A stretch of DNA of 55,355 bases, filler included, from Platydemus manokwari (lineage: Eukaryota): assembly GCA_037951405.1 (NCBI GenBank). It is 5 parts of 5 records of this genome, joined end to end, with 100 filler letters (N's around TTAATTAATTAA, not from the genome) between each part and the next. Parts side by side here need not be neighbours in the genome. Positions count along the whole stretch, not along the records: positions 21,383 to 33,876 come from JBBMOY010113344.1; positions 33,977 to 43,725 come from JBBMOY011210209.1; 3 more parts are not named here. The stretch is one strand, 5' to 3'. Of the stretch, positions 26,828-39,448 are shown piece after piece. The translations under genes and the position numbers were made by a program. How positions within the stretch are numbered: the stretch's first letter is position 1; each line of letters starts with the position of its first letter. Under the pieces are notes generated by a model. The model made no database searches. It was not told the origin of the DNA and saw nothing but the letters and a program-made list of their open reading frames with translations.

Positions 26828-27318
26828 AGGTTTTAAAGGAGTTGATGCTCCAAAACTGGCTACTGGTGGTGATTAAAAAGAAGCAAAATAAATAAATTTA
26901 GTACGGGTTGCCATCCGAGGAATTTCATTTAAAAAGTATGAATCCATCAAATAAAAGTAATCCTGTACATAATTATACGGGTCAAAAATGAGCTCGAGTG
27001 TTGATTCAAACTCAATGTTAGTGTTGTTGAATCAGATTTTCAATGAAAGTTTCAATAATTCAACACCTTCAAATTGCGGGAAATTTCTAAAGTCTTAATC
27101 TACTACTTCAACTGAGAAATCTTATGAAGGATCTCAGGTAATGACTGATCTCTAGTAAAAACAATGATGATTAATACATGGATAATCCGTAGCAAGTTTC
27201 CAAAGTTCGTTATGATGAGAATATGGAAACTGTTCAGAGACTATACGTTGGTGGGCATGAAGGGTTTAATCACCCCTGATGATTGTAATTATTGCTTAAG
27301 ATATAGTCCAAATCGTTT

Positions 27319-27786
27319 TTGCTAGGAACGAATCTTCAAGAACATTTCCAAAATTATGATGAAATTATCAATAATTTCAATGAAACTGAAACATTAGATA
27401 TCCTACCAATTCCAAAAGAAAATTATCAACCTGTAAATAGAATAGACGCAATAGAAATACAACATGATGTTGATTATATTAAAAAAGATTTACAAGATAG
27501 ACATATTGCTTATGTTAAAATGATACATAAAATGGATAATATTCCAAATCCAACATTCAGAGAAAAATTAGAAAATTTTTTAATTAAAAGTATGATGAAA
27601 GGGAAAATTATGCTTGGACAGGGCTTATCACGTTTATCACGTTTACCAAAAGATTTCGCAATTAAGAAAATATATGAAAATAACTCTAAGGAAGAATTTG
27701 AAGAAATTAAATACACAAATTTACATGATGAAAATTTACTAGCTCAACGATTGAATCATGAATATAAAAAATCTAAGAAATTCTAA
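27319..27786 (+). pseudogene. Parvovirus-type phospholipase A2 domain running into the start of a Polinton integrase
   Basis: GTNL...PVNRIDAIEIQHDVDY...DRHIAY...FREK...MMKGKIMLGQG (HD kept, AD changed to AY), then LLAQRLNHEYKKSKKF resembling LAeELHkp.rkkF. Truncated by the next element. Confidence 0.72.
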
Positions 27787-27789
27787 TTA

Positions 27790-30100
27790 GAATCTAAAAA
27801 ATCTCGATGTTGATGACATAAATAAACTGATACTGTCTAATATTCCAGTGAAACCCTTAATATTGAATTCAAGATCCGTATCTTGGCATAAGTAAAGCTT
27901 TCGAATTGCCTGATAATATAAAACTAAACATAAGGTGACCGTAGAAAAATTATTAAGCATGAAGAGATCTACCTCGACATATGCTAACAAATCGTTCGAT
28001 ATAATATCCCCTGAAATCTTAAATCTTTGTAACAGAAGTGATATTCCACTCGATCTCGATCCGATAACATAAAAGTAAGCCCTGGTGAATCTTAAGAGTC
28101 TTAATAATTGCACTCCGGGACCTGGATTCCATAGGTGAATTATTGGCTAATCTTTTTAACAAAATTATCATAGCCAAGAAAATCCCCGACGGGTGAAGGC
28201 AATTTAGGACTTTGTTGATTCCTAAGTCAAACTAAACTGACTATAATTCGATAAACAGTTGGATAACGATTGCTTCTCAAACTCAAGTTACAAAATGTTC
28301 ACAGGCATTTAATCTGATTGCTTGCTAGATTAGGTTAAATAGGGCAATATATTGAGTCCAGGACAGAAAGGGGATGGAATTTAAGGATTGCATTGAACAT
28401 AATGCACTCCTAACTGAAGTCCTCGAGGATCACAAACTGACACTTAGTCCAGTGGTGATATAAGAAGTGCATTCCCAAGTGTACATCACCAACTTATGCT
28501 TAAAGTTATTGAAAAATACGGTATAAGCGATGATTTCATAACAATCATCATGAACATTTATACAGACATCGCTACTTACTACAAGTGCTTCGATATTGTA
28601 ACAAAAGAGATTGGGGTAAAACAAGACTGACTATTATCCATGTTCCGATTCGCTCTTGTCGTTAACCCTATCCTTATAGTAGATGTTGTAGAACCGTTCT
28701 GAAACCTCGCTCCTGGTGGGTTTTATCATTATCTGCGGGTACCAGTCGGATATGAGAATGACCATACTCCATATTCAGCTATCCAGAAGTTCCTGCGAGA
28801 TGTGCAATGTGTAGCAACCTTTGACTTGCTAGGTCATTCGAAAATAGATGAAATTAAAAGCATTCTATTCCCGAATCTCATATATAGTTTTCGATCTAGA
28901 GAAATCACAAGACGGTCTCCAGATGACCACCGTGAGTAAAAAAAAGTCTGTTATATTAAGCAATTTGACATCTCGCTATAGATTTTCAATTATGAAGATA
29001 CTAAATCTTCCTGCGCATTCAGATACATGCTATCTCTATATGGGCAGACTGCATGGGGGAGCTGGACTATGGGATCTACTAGATGATAATCATCTTCAAC
29101 AAATCATACAAGCCTTCAAACTAATTAATATTGCTTAAAGACGTTCTGAAATGACTGAAAGGCATAGTCATCCTAAACCGACATTCACAATAATATGAAA
29201 ATTAATAGAATCGTGTGGAACGGTCCAATAACAGGCTTTGCTCGGCGTTTTATATACCAGGCAGGCTTAACGTCCTGCCTTTGAAATTTCGAATATTTGA
29301 AAAGGACGTTCTCAAGCGAAAATCCCGTTGGTGTTATGCTGATGCGAAGTTATTAACATATGTGCTACAATCTTGTGTGCCATGTATGACCCTCATTCTC
29401 CAAAGGCATGATGAATGTTTAAGACTAGTTCATCAGTTTATTAACTCACATGATTTGATGGTCAATGTAAATGAGACAGTACCATATTTTAGAGGATATG
29501 ATACCATTTCAAAACTTTGAATCGATCTATATATTGAGAACTATATGAGTAGACGCATATTCCTGATGGATATAAAATGTCCGCTGGATGATGAAAGACT
29601 GATGGCTCTGGCAGATACGGGAACCTTGCAGACTATGTCCCACTTTGAGAAATGGTTAAACAATATAAACCCCATTCTACTGTGACTGTTCACACAACAG
29701 TGATAGGATCGTTAGGCTCGGTTCCTCAAAAAACTCTGAACGTTATGAAAGTTATTGGCATCTCAGACGTCAATATAAAGACCCTTGCAAAACTTTTTTG
29801 AGCCTCAAACGACAATCCGCACAGATCTGGCATTACCATCGAACGGAGATGCTTCTTAACGTGAAGGAAGTGTCAGACCTACCAATTAGAGGAAATTCCA
29901 AAATTCACGAACGTGAGTTAATACCTTTAACCACATGTGCTGCAAAAGGTTGTTATCAATCTCACCAGGCACTGATGTAAACTCCGAAAAATGTGGCATC
30001 TCAGAGCTACATTACACTACAGGAGATGTCACACCTCCTCTAATGCTGTTAAAGCCTTAATGCTAAAACAAAAAGCGTTGGATAAGATCCAGCAGTCCGT
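27790..30100 (+). mobile_element. Decayed RLE non-LTR retrotransposon (NeSL/Utopia/R2-like)
   Basis: RT motifs LANLFNKII..KKIPD..RTLLIPK, CIEHNALL and GVKQ; YLYMG..HGGAG...IIQAFKL; zinc-knuckle remnant VLQSC....ILQRHD; restriction-like endonuclease end DIKCP and VIGSLGSVP. Many stops and frameshifts; 3' limit approximate. Confidence 0.85.
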
Positions 30101-30949
30101 CGAGCAAACAGTTTAGCTTTTCAGATAATTCAATTGTGGCATATGGTTGTATTTTTATTATTTCATTAATCGTTTTCTGGATTTAATTTCTGCAGATGAA
30201 GAAATCATGAAAGATTTATTGCCTCAATGGAACCCAATTGACCAAGCTTAAATGCTGCGAAACAGTCAATCAAAGTAACTCAATGAATGACAGATGGAAA
30301 AAACTATACTCGAGCCTATGGCAAAACAGAGTATGGTTATTATAATTCCTGAATATTCTGACGTTCTAAAGTCCGAGTCTAAGGCAAAATAGGAGTTTAT
30401 GAGCTGTTCAGATCGTTACTATTTTCGAGACCTAGGGTAGAACAGAAAGTGGTGATTCAGAGCTGAGGATTAATTACTATAAAAGTGCTGGGCATATACA
30501 GATTTCAGATCCCTTATGTATTTGATGTATCTCTCTATCGCTGGATTGTAATAATGATGTTATGTATTATCGTACTTCTATATGTAAACCGTGGAATGAC
30601 TTTGTATGCAATTTATTGAGGTCACTGCCTTGCATAGGCAGCAATAAATCATTCATAGAAACTCTTTACAATTATTATTCAATAAACTGGAATTTACTTT
30701 GAAACAGTGAAATTCTTATTTTTATACAGCAGAGACAAATTTTTATTGTTTTAATTTTTATTTAATCAGTGTGTATTTTTTATATATTAGCAACTCTCAA
30801 AATATTTAAGTGAAATCGGCTTAAAATGGCATAATATATTAGTTTTTATAATAATTATTATCTGTAAATATCCAAAATCATAATACCTGAACAACCACAT
30901 TGAAGAAAAACCCATTAATTTCCTAAGTAATAAATCAATTTATAAAATA

Positions 30950-31770
30950 ACAACGCGCAATATATTATCGCGCAAATGCATCGACAAATAAATTTATATA
31001 TATTATCGCGCATATTAATTCAGTCGATTAAATTTAATCAGAGAGAATATTTCTCTGTATTATATATTTAATAGCAGAGAATCATGTATAAGGCAGCAGT
31101 CACAATAACACATTATTGAAGTCACAGTTACATATTACATCGATTGTTATATACGTGAAGAAGACAAATAATTCTGCATTCAAGAGCAGCACTATAGAAT
31201 ACCATACAATGCCAAATATTTACTGGAAGACCCTACAGTAATATACATTTATATAAACTGCTGATCAATATTATGTGATTTGATTTTCATATTATCGAGC
31301 TGTATCTCAAATATTTTCGGTAAATGGTTTTCCATAAAAGCGTGGAGCAAATAAACTTTTTAGTCTGAGAAGTTGTTAAAATTAGTTATGAGTTGATGTA
31401 CAGTGTAGCATCTAATTCCACTGGTGAGTGCTTATTTTATCATTGTTAATCAATTTGTATCGGTGTCAATTATTAATAAACATTTGTAGTAATAAGCCTT
31501 AGTTATTTATTAAATAGGGATCATAGGTCATTGTTCAATGTTATTGGTATAAACATGGTTAGTAAATTTAAAAAGGTTTCATTTATTGAGACTGCTATTT
31601 AAGTAATATCATTATTGCCGCATCTATTGTCTTCACACTATTAAGTTATGAAGTGAAGATTCAACAAAATAAGGTAGATCACACCTGCCGCCTTCATCAA
31701 GAGCTCATAGAGACTGATTAATACAATATTGATGTCAAAAAGAATTAAATAAAACCAGAAAATCAATAAG
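30950..31770 (+). repeat. Diverged copy of the LTR-like family also at 34450, 41916 and 52250-53360 (a weaker inverted copy lies at ~30250-30850)
   Basis: Shares cagagagaatatttctctg and tataaggcagcagtcac; inverted gtcactgcctt at ~30621. Confidence 0.55.
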
Positions 31771-32238
31771 GCTCGAACGTAGCAGTTGTTTGATAAGTGA
31801 ATTATTTTTTCTCTTAGGTTGCAATTATTTATTTTTATTATCGAGTTTTTGTCAATGTATTTTACTTATATATTTGAATGATTTTCATTTTATCCTGCAC
31901 AACAATCTTACATTCATATTTAGACATTTCTAACTTCACTAACTTTATTTCGGCTTCAATTTATTACTAGATTCAATAATTTTTTAATTGTTAAAGTTGG
32001 GATTGTTGGAGATATGTTTAAATAGGGTGGATAATTTTTATTTGTAACATCTTAGTCGTGGTATTATAAATATACATAATTTACCTGATTATTGACACTG
32101 TATTTGATTGTCGATTGTATTTTAATTATGATTGATTTATATTTAGAACTGGTAAAAATAATTATATAAAATATCTTACAGCCATAAGAATGATTGTGGA
32201 TCATTTCATAAATTGGTAATCGTCTTACCAATACGAAA

Positions 32239-33399
32239 ATGGAATCACAATCGAATACAAAATACGAATGGAATTCTGATGACGACATTCTACACAAAGA
32301 ATTCTGCAGATCCGATGAGTAAATTTATATTTTTTTTAACTAATAAATATTTTTTTAAACCAATTTTTTGTTTTTAATAAAGCTGATCAATAAAATAACA
32401 GAGTGCCTTCATTTTTCTTATTATGATGATAATTATTATTATGGTTGAGATAAATAATGAGTTCATAATAATGTGAATCGTAATATGATTTTGGTATTGC
32501 CATTATTTATTGGTTAATTAAATATGTGACAGTAGTGATCAGGAATCTTAAGATTATCTTTTTATTTAGTTTTGGTAAAGGATCATCTCAGGAATGTGGA
32601 AGTATATCGAACGAAAAGGACATGAACAAAGTAACGAATTGATTATTTTGTCTGTTGGGCTTTCAATAAATGTTTCAAACAACTTCTCATGTTACTGTCA
32701 AGATTAAATATTTTTAAAATAATAATCTAATGGATAAAAATATAATTTATTGATAATAATATCTCAATCCATAACGTATTTAGACAACATCTGAATCAGA
32801 ACAAGACATGATTCCAATTTCGGTCATTTATTCCATGATTGATTATGTGATTAAATACAATTCCACAGAAAAATTCTGACACCGTAGAGTCAACATATTC
32901 CTCAAAAATCACTGATAAATCACAAATTAAATTAAAGTACTGCAAATTATACAAATTTTATCATTTATATTTTTTCTCCTTGTTTGAAATTCTAAAAAAT
33001 GAGATATTAATTGAATGATACAAATAAATCAAGCATCGCAACGTATATAAAATTATTTTTTATAATTTTCTCATGGACGAAAATTCATTATTACGAAATA
33101 CGTCAATAAACACTTTTTCCTAAGTTTAACCAAATTTATTAAAAATTTGATGGTTTTAAATCTTGTTTTCTTGAATGACAAAATGTATTAGTTACACATT
33201 CTTTTACTATTTTTAAATAATGTGAAAATAAACTACACGATATGGATCCGTTTTGTTTTAAAATTATTAATTATATCTATAATTATTTACAAGATACGGT
33301 TTCAGGTTTACTTAGTTTAATTTCCAATTATTTTGTCAAGCTTAATTATGATTACCATTTAGACATCACAGGAAAATGCAAGAATTGGAAAAGAAATGA
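32239..33399 (+). CDS. Putative 98-aa orphan gene, exons 32239-32318, 32570-32630, 32784-32822, 32869-32936, 33294-33305, 33363-33399
   Basis: Six GC-richer islands bounded by AG/GT with compatible phases and no internal stop. Two introns (46 and 57 nt) fit the local size mode. No recognised domain. Confidence 0.4.
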
Positions 33400-33876
33400 A
33401 ATTATAATGCCTGGTTTTTTTAATTTTAAATTTGACATTGATCTTTTATTATCAAGTATTTATATGTTTATATTTATATTTATATATAATTACTAAAAAT
33501 TTGTCATGATTTTAATCAGTGTTTTAAATACATGAACAGAACTCCAAATTCTGCATATCTGTGGCTTGCATTGTAATGTTATTTATGATAAATTCGGCAC
33601 TAACCCATAATGTATTCGCACTTATTTCTTATATTTGTATTGTGTTTTATAAATATATTAATTTTTGTCTTCCATTTTATTTCATTGGATAAAATTGTAT
33701 TGTTATCAATAAATTTCTACTTATATTGGTCATTATTTGCTAGTACATTTATTTCTTGTTCTATTTAGACTTAATAATATATGATTATATATTAATATTT
33801 TATTTAATTTATCGATTTGTTACAATAGCTAGACAATTAATTTTATAACTTTAATATTTACATGTCGATGACAAAA

Positions 33877-33976
33877 NNNNNNNNNNNNNNNNNNNNNNNN
33901 NNNNNNNNNNNNNNNNNNNNTTAATTAATTAANNNNNNNNNNNNNNNNNNNNNNNNNNNNNNNNNNNNNNNNNNNN
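33877..33976. other. Artificial assembly linker (an ordinary N gap follows at 34080-34275)
   Basis: 44N-TTAATTAATTAA-44N. Confidence 0.97.
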
Positions 33977-34399
33977 GATCCATTTTTATAAATGTTTATT
34001 TTTAGTAGTCTCAAGTTATTACTCAAGGGTATATAAAATTGTTATTTATTTTACAAATGGGTGGTATGTCAAAAAATGANNNNNNNNNNNNNNNNNNNNN
34101 NNNNNNNNNNNNNNNNNNNNNNNNNNNNNNNNNNNNNNNNNNNNNNNNNNNNNNNNNNNNNNNNNNNNNNNNNNNNNNNNNNNNNNNNNNNNNNNNNNNN
34201 NNNNNNNNNNNNNNNNNNNNNNNNNNNNNNNNNNNNNNNNNNNNNNNNNNNNNNNNNNNNNNNNNNNNNNNNNNNNTATTTTCTTATTTTTTTAAAAAAA
34301 GTGGGGGGTGTCTTTTTTTTCTTTTGGGGGGGGGTGTGCGCTATAATAGCCCTTTTCCCTCTACTGACATATCATAATCTTAATCCTATCAATGATCGG

Positions 34400-34665
34400 T
34401 CTTGGTTGTTACGTTCTGGTTCTTCTTATGCAAAAATTTTGTGCATATAATGATTGCGGTCACTGCCTTATATAGACAGCGGCTAATCATTCACACATAA
34501 TCTCTGCCGATTTTATTTAATGCAGTGCATATATGTTTATTGTGCTAGAATTTATCACGACAGAGAAATTCTATGCAATTAAATACATGATAATTTATTT
34601 TATTTAATGCATGGATATTATTTTATTCTAGCTGGGTATTTTATTCGCAATGAGCGATATCTTAT
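34400..34665 (-). repeat. Partial inverted copy of the LTR-like family
   Basis: gtcactgccttatatag...tctctgccgattttattt...cagagaaattct matches 53040-53190. Confidence 0.65.
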
Positions 34666-36683
34666 TCCGATTAATTATTTCGTAGATTAGTTTACTATAA
34701 TTTTATGAGTGAATTTATTATATGATAATTTTAATGGTTTTAATTTTATTATATAATTTGATGGAAATTTTAAATAGTGAATTCATTGTATATAAATCAA
34801 TAAGTTACACTCAATGATTTAAATATTTACTTAGTTTAAGTTCATTAACAGTATATAATACCTATTCCCACCAAAAATCTAACTCCTCACAGAAAAGTAT
34901 GTAGTGTTTGTTATATAAATAATCAAAATAATTCGTACAAAATAATAGTTTATTGATAATTAAATACATAATTTATGTTTGTAATGAATATTAAAAGAAT
35001 AAGCGACGTGCCCTTAGGAAATTAAAGTTGGTAAAGAGTCTAGTGCGCTCTACTTTGAATAAAAACTAAAGTAGATGATTATTTGATTTAATTTCAATTT
35101 ATTAAGTTCCACTTACTATCTCCCACCTTCTGTAATCACAGAGATGTCTCGCCACCTAGTTGGGCACATCTGGCTGTTCTCTTGAAGTGTCTAACCGTCA
35201 ACAATAGAAATTGTATTTTTAGTGTATTATAAAATTCGATTTATATTGTTAATAAATTTATTCTATTTCATTATTATATTTGATAATTTATTATTATTCA
35301 TATTTTTCAGGATAGCTTATATTCACCTGACTATATATATTTAAATTATTATTTTTAGTATAAAAGAGTGATCGAACACTTCCTACGTATCTGAAATGAG
35401 GAGATTCTGTTGACATTAAAATGGTAACCTAATCTTATATTTATAGCTTCAATTTAATCGATAAGTGATATTCATTGTTATCCTATAACAATATAATTTT
35501 AATTTAATGTCATTCACTAATGATCTCTTTGTAAAACCTCAACAGGTGCATGAATAATCAAAATAGTAACATTAAGTCAGTATCTTTTGTTTAAATTTTA
35601 TCACAATGTGCATGAATGTCTAGCACGGCACAGTCACATAATTTATTTCCCTTTACAAAAATATTCCAAACAAATTAATTTATCAATCAACTAAGTTCAA
35701 TATTTACCAACAAAACATGTTTAAGAAGTAAGGGTCCACAAGGAAAGGTTCCTATATCTAACCTGCGTTGTGTCGATGCCATAAATATTAAATATGACGG
35801 ATTTTATTATGTCTGTGTTTATTTAACAATAACTCGAATGAACTTTTTTATGAGAACTCTTGTTAGTAGACTATGGCTGTTTGTCAATATTTTTAACTTG
35901 CTTTTTCCAAGTCTTTTCCAACTGAATTGTTTGGAATTATTTTGTAAGCTATCATCTAATTTTCTAATCTTTTATATACTATTTATCCTATCCGGGTAAT
36001 AAATAATCATTTCTTTATTATTATCTTTTTCCAAATTAGATTACAAAGTTATTTTCTTGTTCTACTCTCTTAATTTTATTTAATCATAAAACTGCTTACA
36101 TTATAAACTTCTAAATTTCAGTTTGGTCCATATTATTAATTAATTTTTGCCCATATATTTATGGATTTATTTATTATAATTTTGTTTACTATGAATTCTT
36201 TCAAAATAATATAATTTCCTTCAACACATTAATTTGATAGTTCAACATACAAAATTGAATAAAAATAATTGAAGAAAAAACAAATATATGTGATCCCGGA
36301 AGGGAAAGAATTAAAATGATTATGCTCGATTATTTTTAAAATTTATTTTTATCTTTATTCTTGATCTCAAATAGGGAAATTTCTTATTTTAAAGTTCACG
36401 AAAATTATGAAAATAACATTGAATATAATTGTTTAAACGAATTTACTAAACTAAAATTTATTTAAATTTATTATAATATCTTAAATTATTACTATTGATA
36501 GTTAAATTAAATGTATGTTGAATGTATTTGAATATTTAAAATTTTTTTTAATTAAGATAAATTTGATATATTATAAAATGTTTCAGAATATTTTAAAATC
36601 AAAATTATTGACTGTATTTTTTTAATTATATAATCATTCTGAAATTATTTATTATGTTATGTATAGATTTTATTTAAGACTTG

Positions 36684-38244
36684 ATGACTGACACGACTAA
36701 TGAAGTGATACAATTGCTTGAAAAATACAATTTTGACATTGACATTAAAAATATTATTGATCTGACTTGCATAATTTGTAAAAAGCTTTTAAAAAATCCT
36801 CATAAAAGTCGATGTCAATGTCGGTATTGTTATGTGTGCATCAAAGAATATTTGATTCTGATCGACAGAAATTGTCCAGGAAAGGATTGTAAAAGAGTTA
36901 TCGACATGGAGAAGGATTTGCAATTTGATCATGAGGCGAATAGCAAAATACTGGAATTGAAAGTGAAATGTCCGGAAAGTTTTTGCGATCATATGGATGA
37001 ATTAAGATTCATGGCATCTCATATAGAATTTCACCAAATCCAATGTCCTTATTCCGATGTTGGTTGCAGTAAGCTGACAATTAGTGCTGACAAAATCAAT
37101 GATCATCTCACCGATGATAACTATCACCATACAAAGATATTGATAGATTATATTCATTTATTGGAAAACGAAATCGAATTAATGAAGCAAAAAAATGAAG
37201 TATTTCAGATAATTGTGGATTTTGTTTTTGATATTATGGCTGTCTAGACGGTGGCGAATGAGTTTCGAGATCAGATTGCCAATTTGATTTCCGTCAATGC
37301 CAATCAAAACCAGATCATTTCCACGCTGGAAACGAATTGTTCGATTAGTAAATTTGAAAATAAAAACCTGGTCAATCAGTTGGCAAATATGAAAAACGAT
37401 TTGAAATTAATGAAAGAAAATTTCAAAAAAAAATCTGTAAAAATCTTTTTTTCTTATTTTTTTTTCTTATTTTTCATTTATTTTTAGAAACTGAATGATG
37501 ATTTTGAAAATTTTTTCAAAGAGTCTCAATCATCATACATCAGAGACATTCTAGAAAAGCCAATGGTGGGAATGTGACAGTTTTGTGTTATTTTTTTTTG
37601 ATATTTTTCAGGAAATTAGACATCAACATCGAAAATATAATCGGCTTTCTGGGCCTATTATACCGCCATTATATACCGATTACGAACTGTTTAACAGTGA
37701 TCCGTTGATGGTAGATGAGGAACTTGATATTGGACCTTTGGCAATCGAACCGATAACGAAAGAACCAGTCCAGCTCACGTTCGCTCCTTTCCGCTGGGAA
37801 ATCGATAATTTCGGCGAGAAATTTCATCTTGCTCGTCAAGGCAGTTCAAAGGTGATCATGAGTGATCCGTTCTATTCCCATCACAATGGTTACAAATTGC
37901 GTCTTGTTCTCTATCCGGACGGAATTGGCAATGGTACACATTTGTATTTATCCATATTTTTCCATATCATGCGCGGTGACTATGACAACCAGTTGATATG
38001 GCCCATGAAAAACACTGTCGTTATTGGGATTGTCGATCAGAAAACCAATCAAATGTATTCAACTGCCAAATTCAAATATAACACGACCAATGCTGGCAAT
38101 AAACTCTCATTCAACAAACCGACCAATGAGATGAATATCGGGTGTGGAAAATTTAAATTTTTCAAATCCAACATAGCTCTAAATAATGCACGGATCGTTT
38201 ATCAAAACAAAATTGTTTTCGAATGTTTTGTCCAGAATGATTGA
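36684..38244 (+). CDS. TRAF-like protein, 4 exons 36684-37199, 37248-37436, 37488-37565, 37612-38244; ~471 aa
   Basis: RING (CIICK...CQCRYCYVC...CP), zinc finger, coiled coil and MATH (FRWEIDNF, SDPFYSHHNGYKLRL.LYPDG.G, MRGDYD..L.WP). Introns of 48, 51 and 46 nt, all phase 0. Confidence 0.93.
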
Positions 38245-39448
38245 TCGATTTATGAGATCATGCTGATTTTTATCAATTATTTTTTAATCCGTTGACGAGA
38301 CAAATGTGCTGATTCTAAATTTTATTAATTGATTATCGATTTAATTTGAGATTTCCTAGATAGATTGTGTTCAAAATGATCACAATGAAGAATATTTGAT
38401 ACAAAATTACTTATTTGCCATCATTAATTTATATCGATTTTGAATATCAGTTACAGAACATGATTTGTGATTTATTGATTTACTATTTCTGCTAGGTAAT
38501 TTTCAAAAGATTTTAATTAAATTCCATTGATGCACTTCACCAGATAGCTGATATTATAACAGTCGATGTTAGAATAAATGTTGTCGACAGCACCGTCACA
38601 AGTGATTATTTCGTAACGGTTCCTTCTGTAAGCAATATTCATGGTTTTAAATACATTAATATTTGATCTGTTAAGATTAGAACTACTCTAACTTAACGGC
38701 TCAGTCTTATTCCTACTTATCTGACTCCTACTCAAGTTCTGGTGCACACTAACTAAAAACAAATACGTCTTTCTGACTAAGATATATTTATATTACAATT
38801 TATAACTAATACATAAGAATAACGTTGATGGAACACAAATCCCTAAAAAGTTGCATTAATAATACGAGGATCAAGTTCTCATCCTTCTGATAGCCTTAGC
38901 TCAGAATCTACTCTTGGGTTATATCACATTAAAAATACACAAGGATACAAATTAGCGCACTGCTAATACCAAAAATACCTTCTAATATATTTTTAATCTC
39001 TAGCTCCTATACCAAAAAACATCTTACCTTTCGAAGTCTGGTTAGATGGGTGAAAATAAAGAGTTAGCTCGCTCTGTACTTATTTTCACCATGCACATTC
39101 CTTCTGTGTTCATCCTGCTGTTCATACGACATTATAAACTTTCTATTTATTTATTTTTATTACCGTATATAAACGGTAATTGTTATTATTATCTGCAAAT
39201 TACATATTTGCACTATTTTGTTAACATAATAAATTAATATTTAATTTAACCTTTTAAATATTTTATTTTTAATCTCACGTTTTAATTAATGGTAATTTAA
39301 TTTAAGGGTAATTTAAATTAATAAGTATTAACAATATCAAAATCAAAATAAAATTCTCTTCTATATCGCAAGCAAAATATGTCGAGGGATCTGGCTCTAT
39401 GATTTATGTCAACCTCAGGATACTTTCAATAAGGTAGTCTATCTAAAT

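Noticed and set aside
34039-34450. ORFs spanning N runs (also 21078-21338)
   Set aside because: Their length is an artefact of unknown bases.
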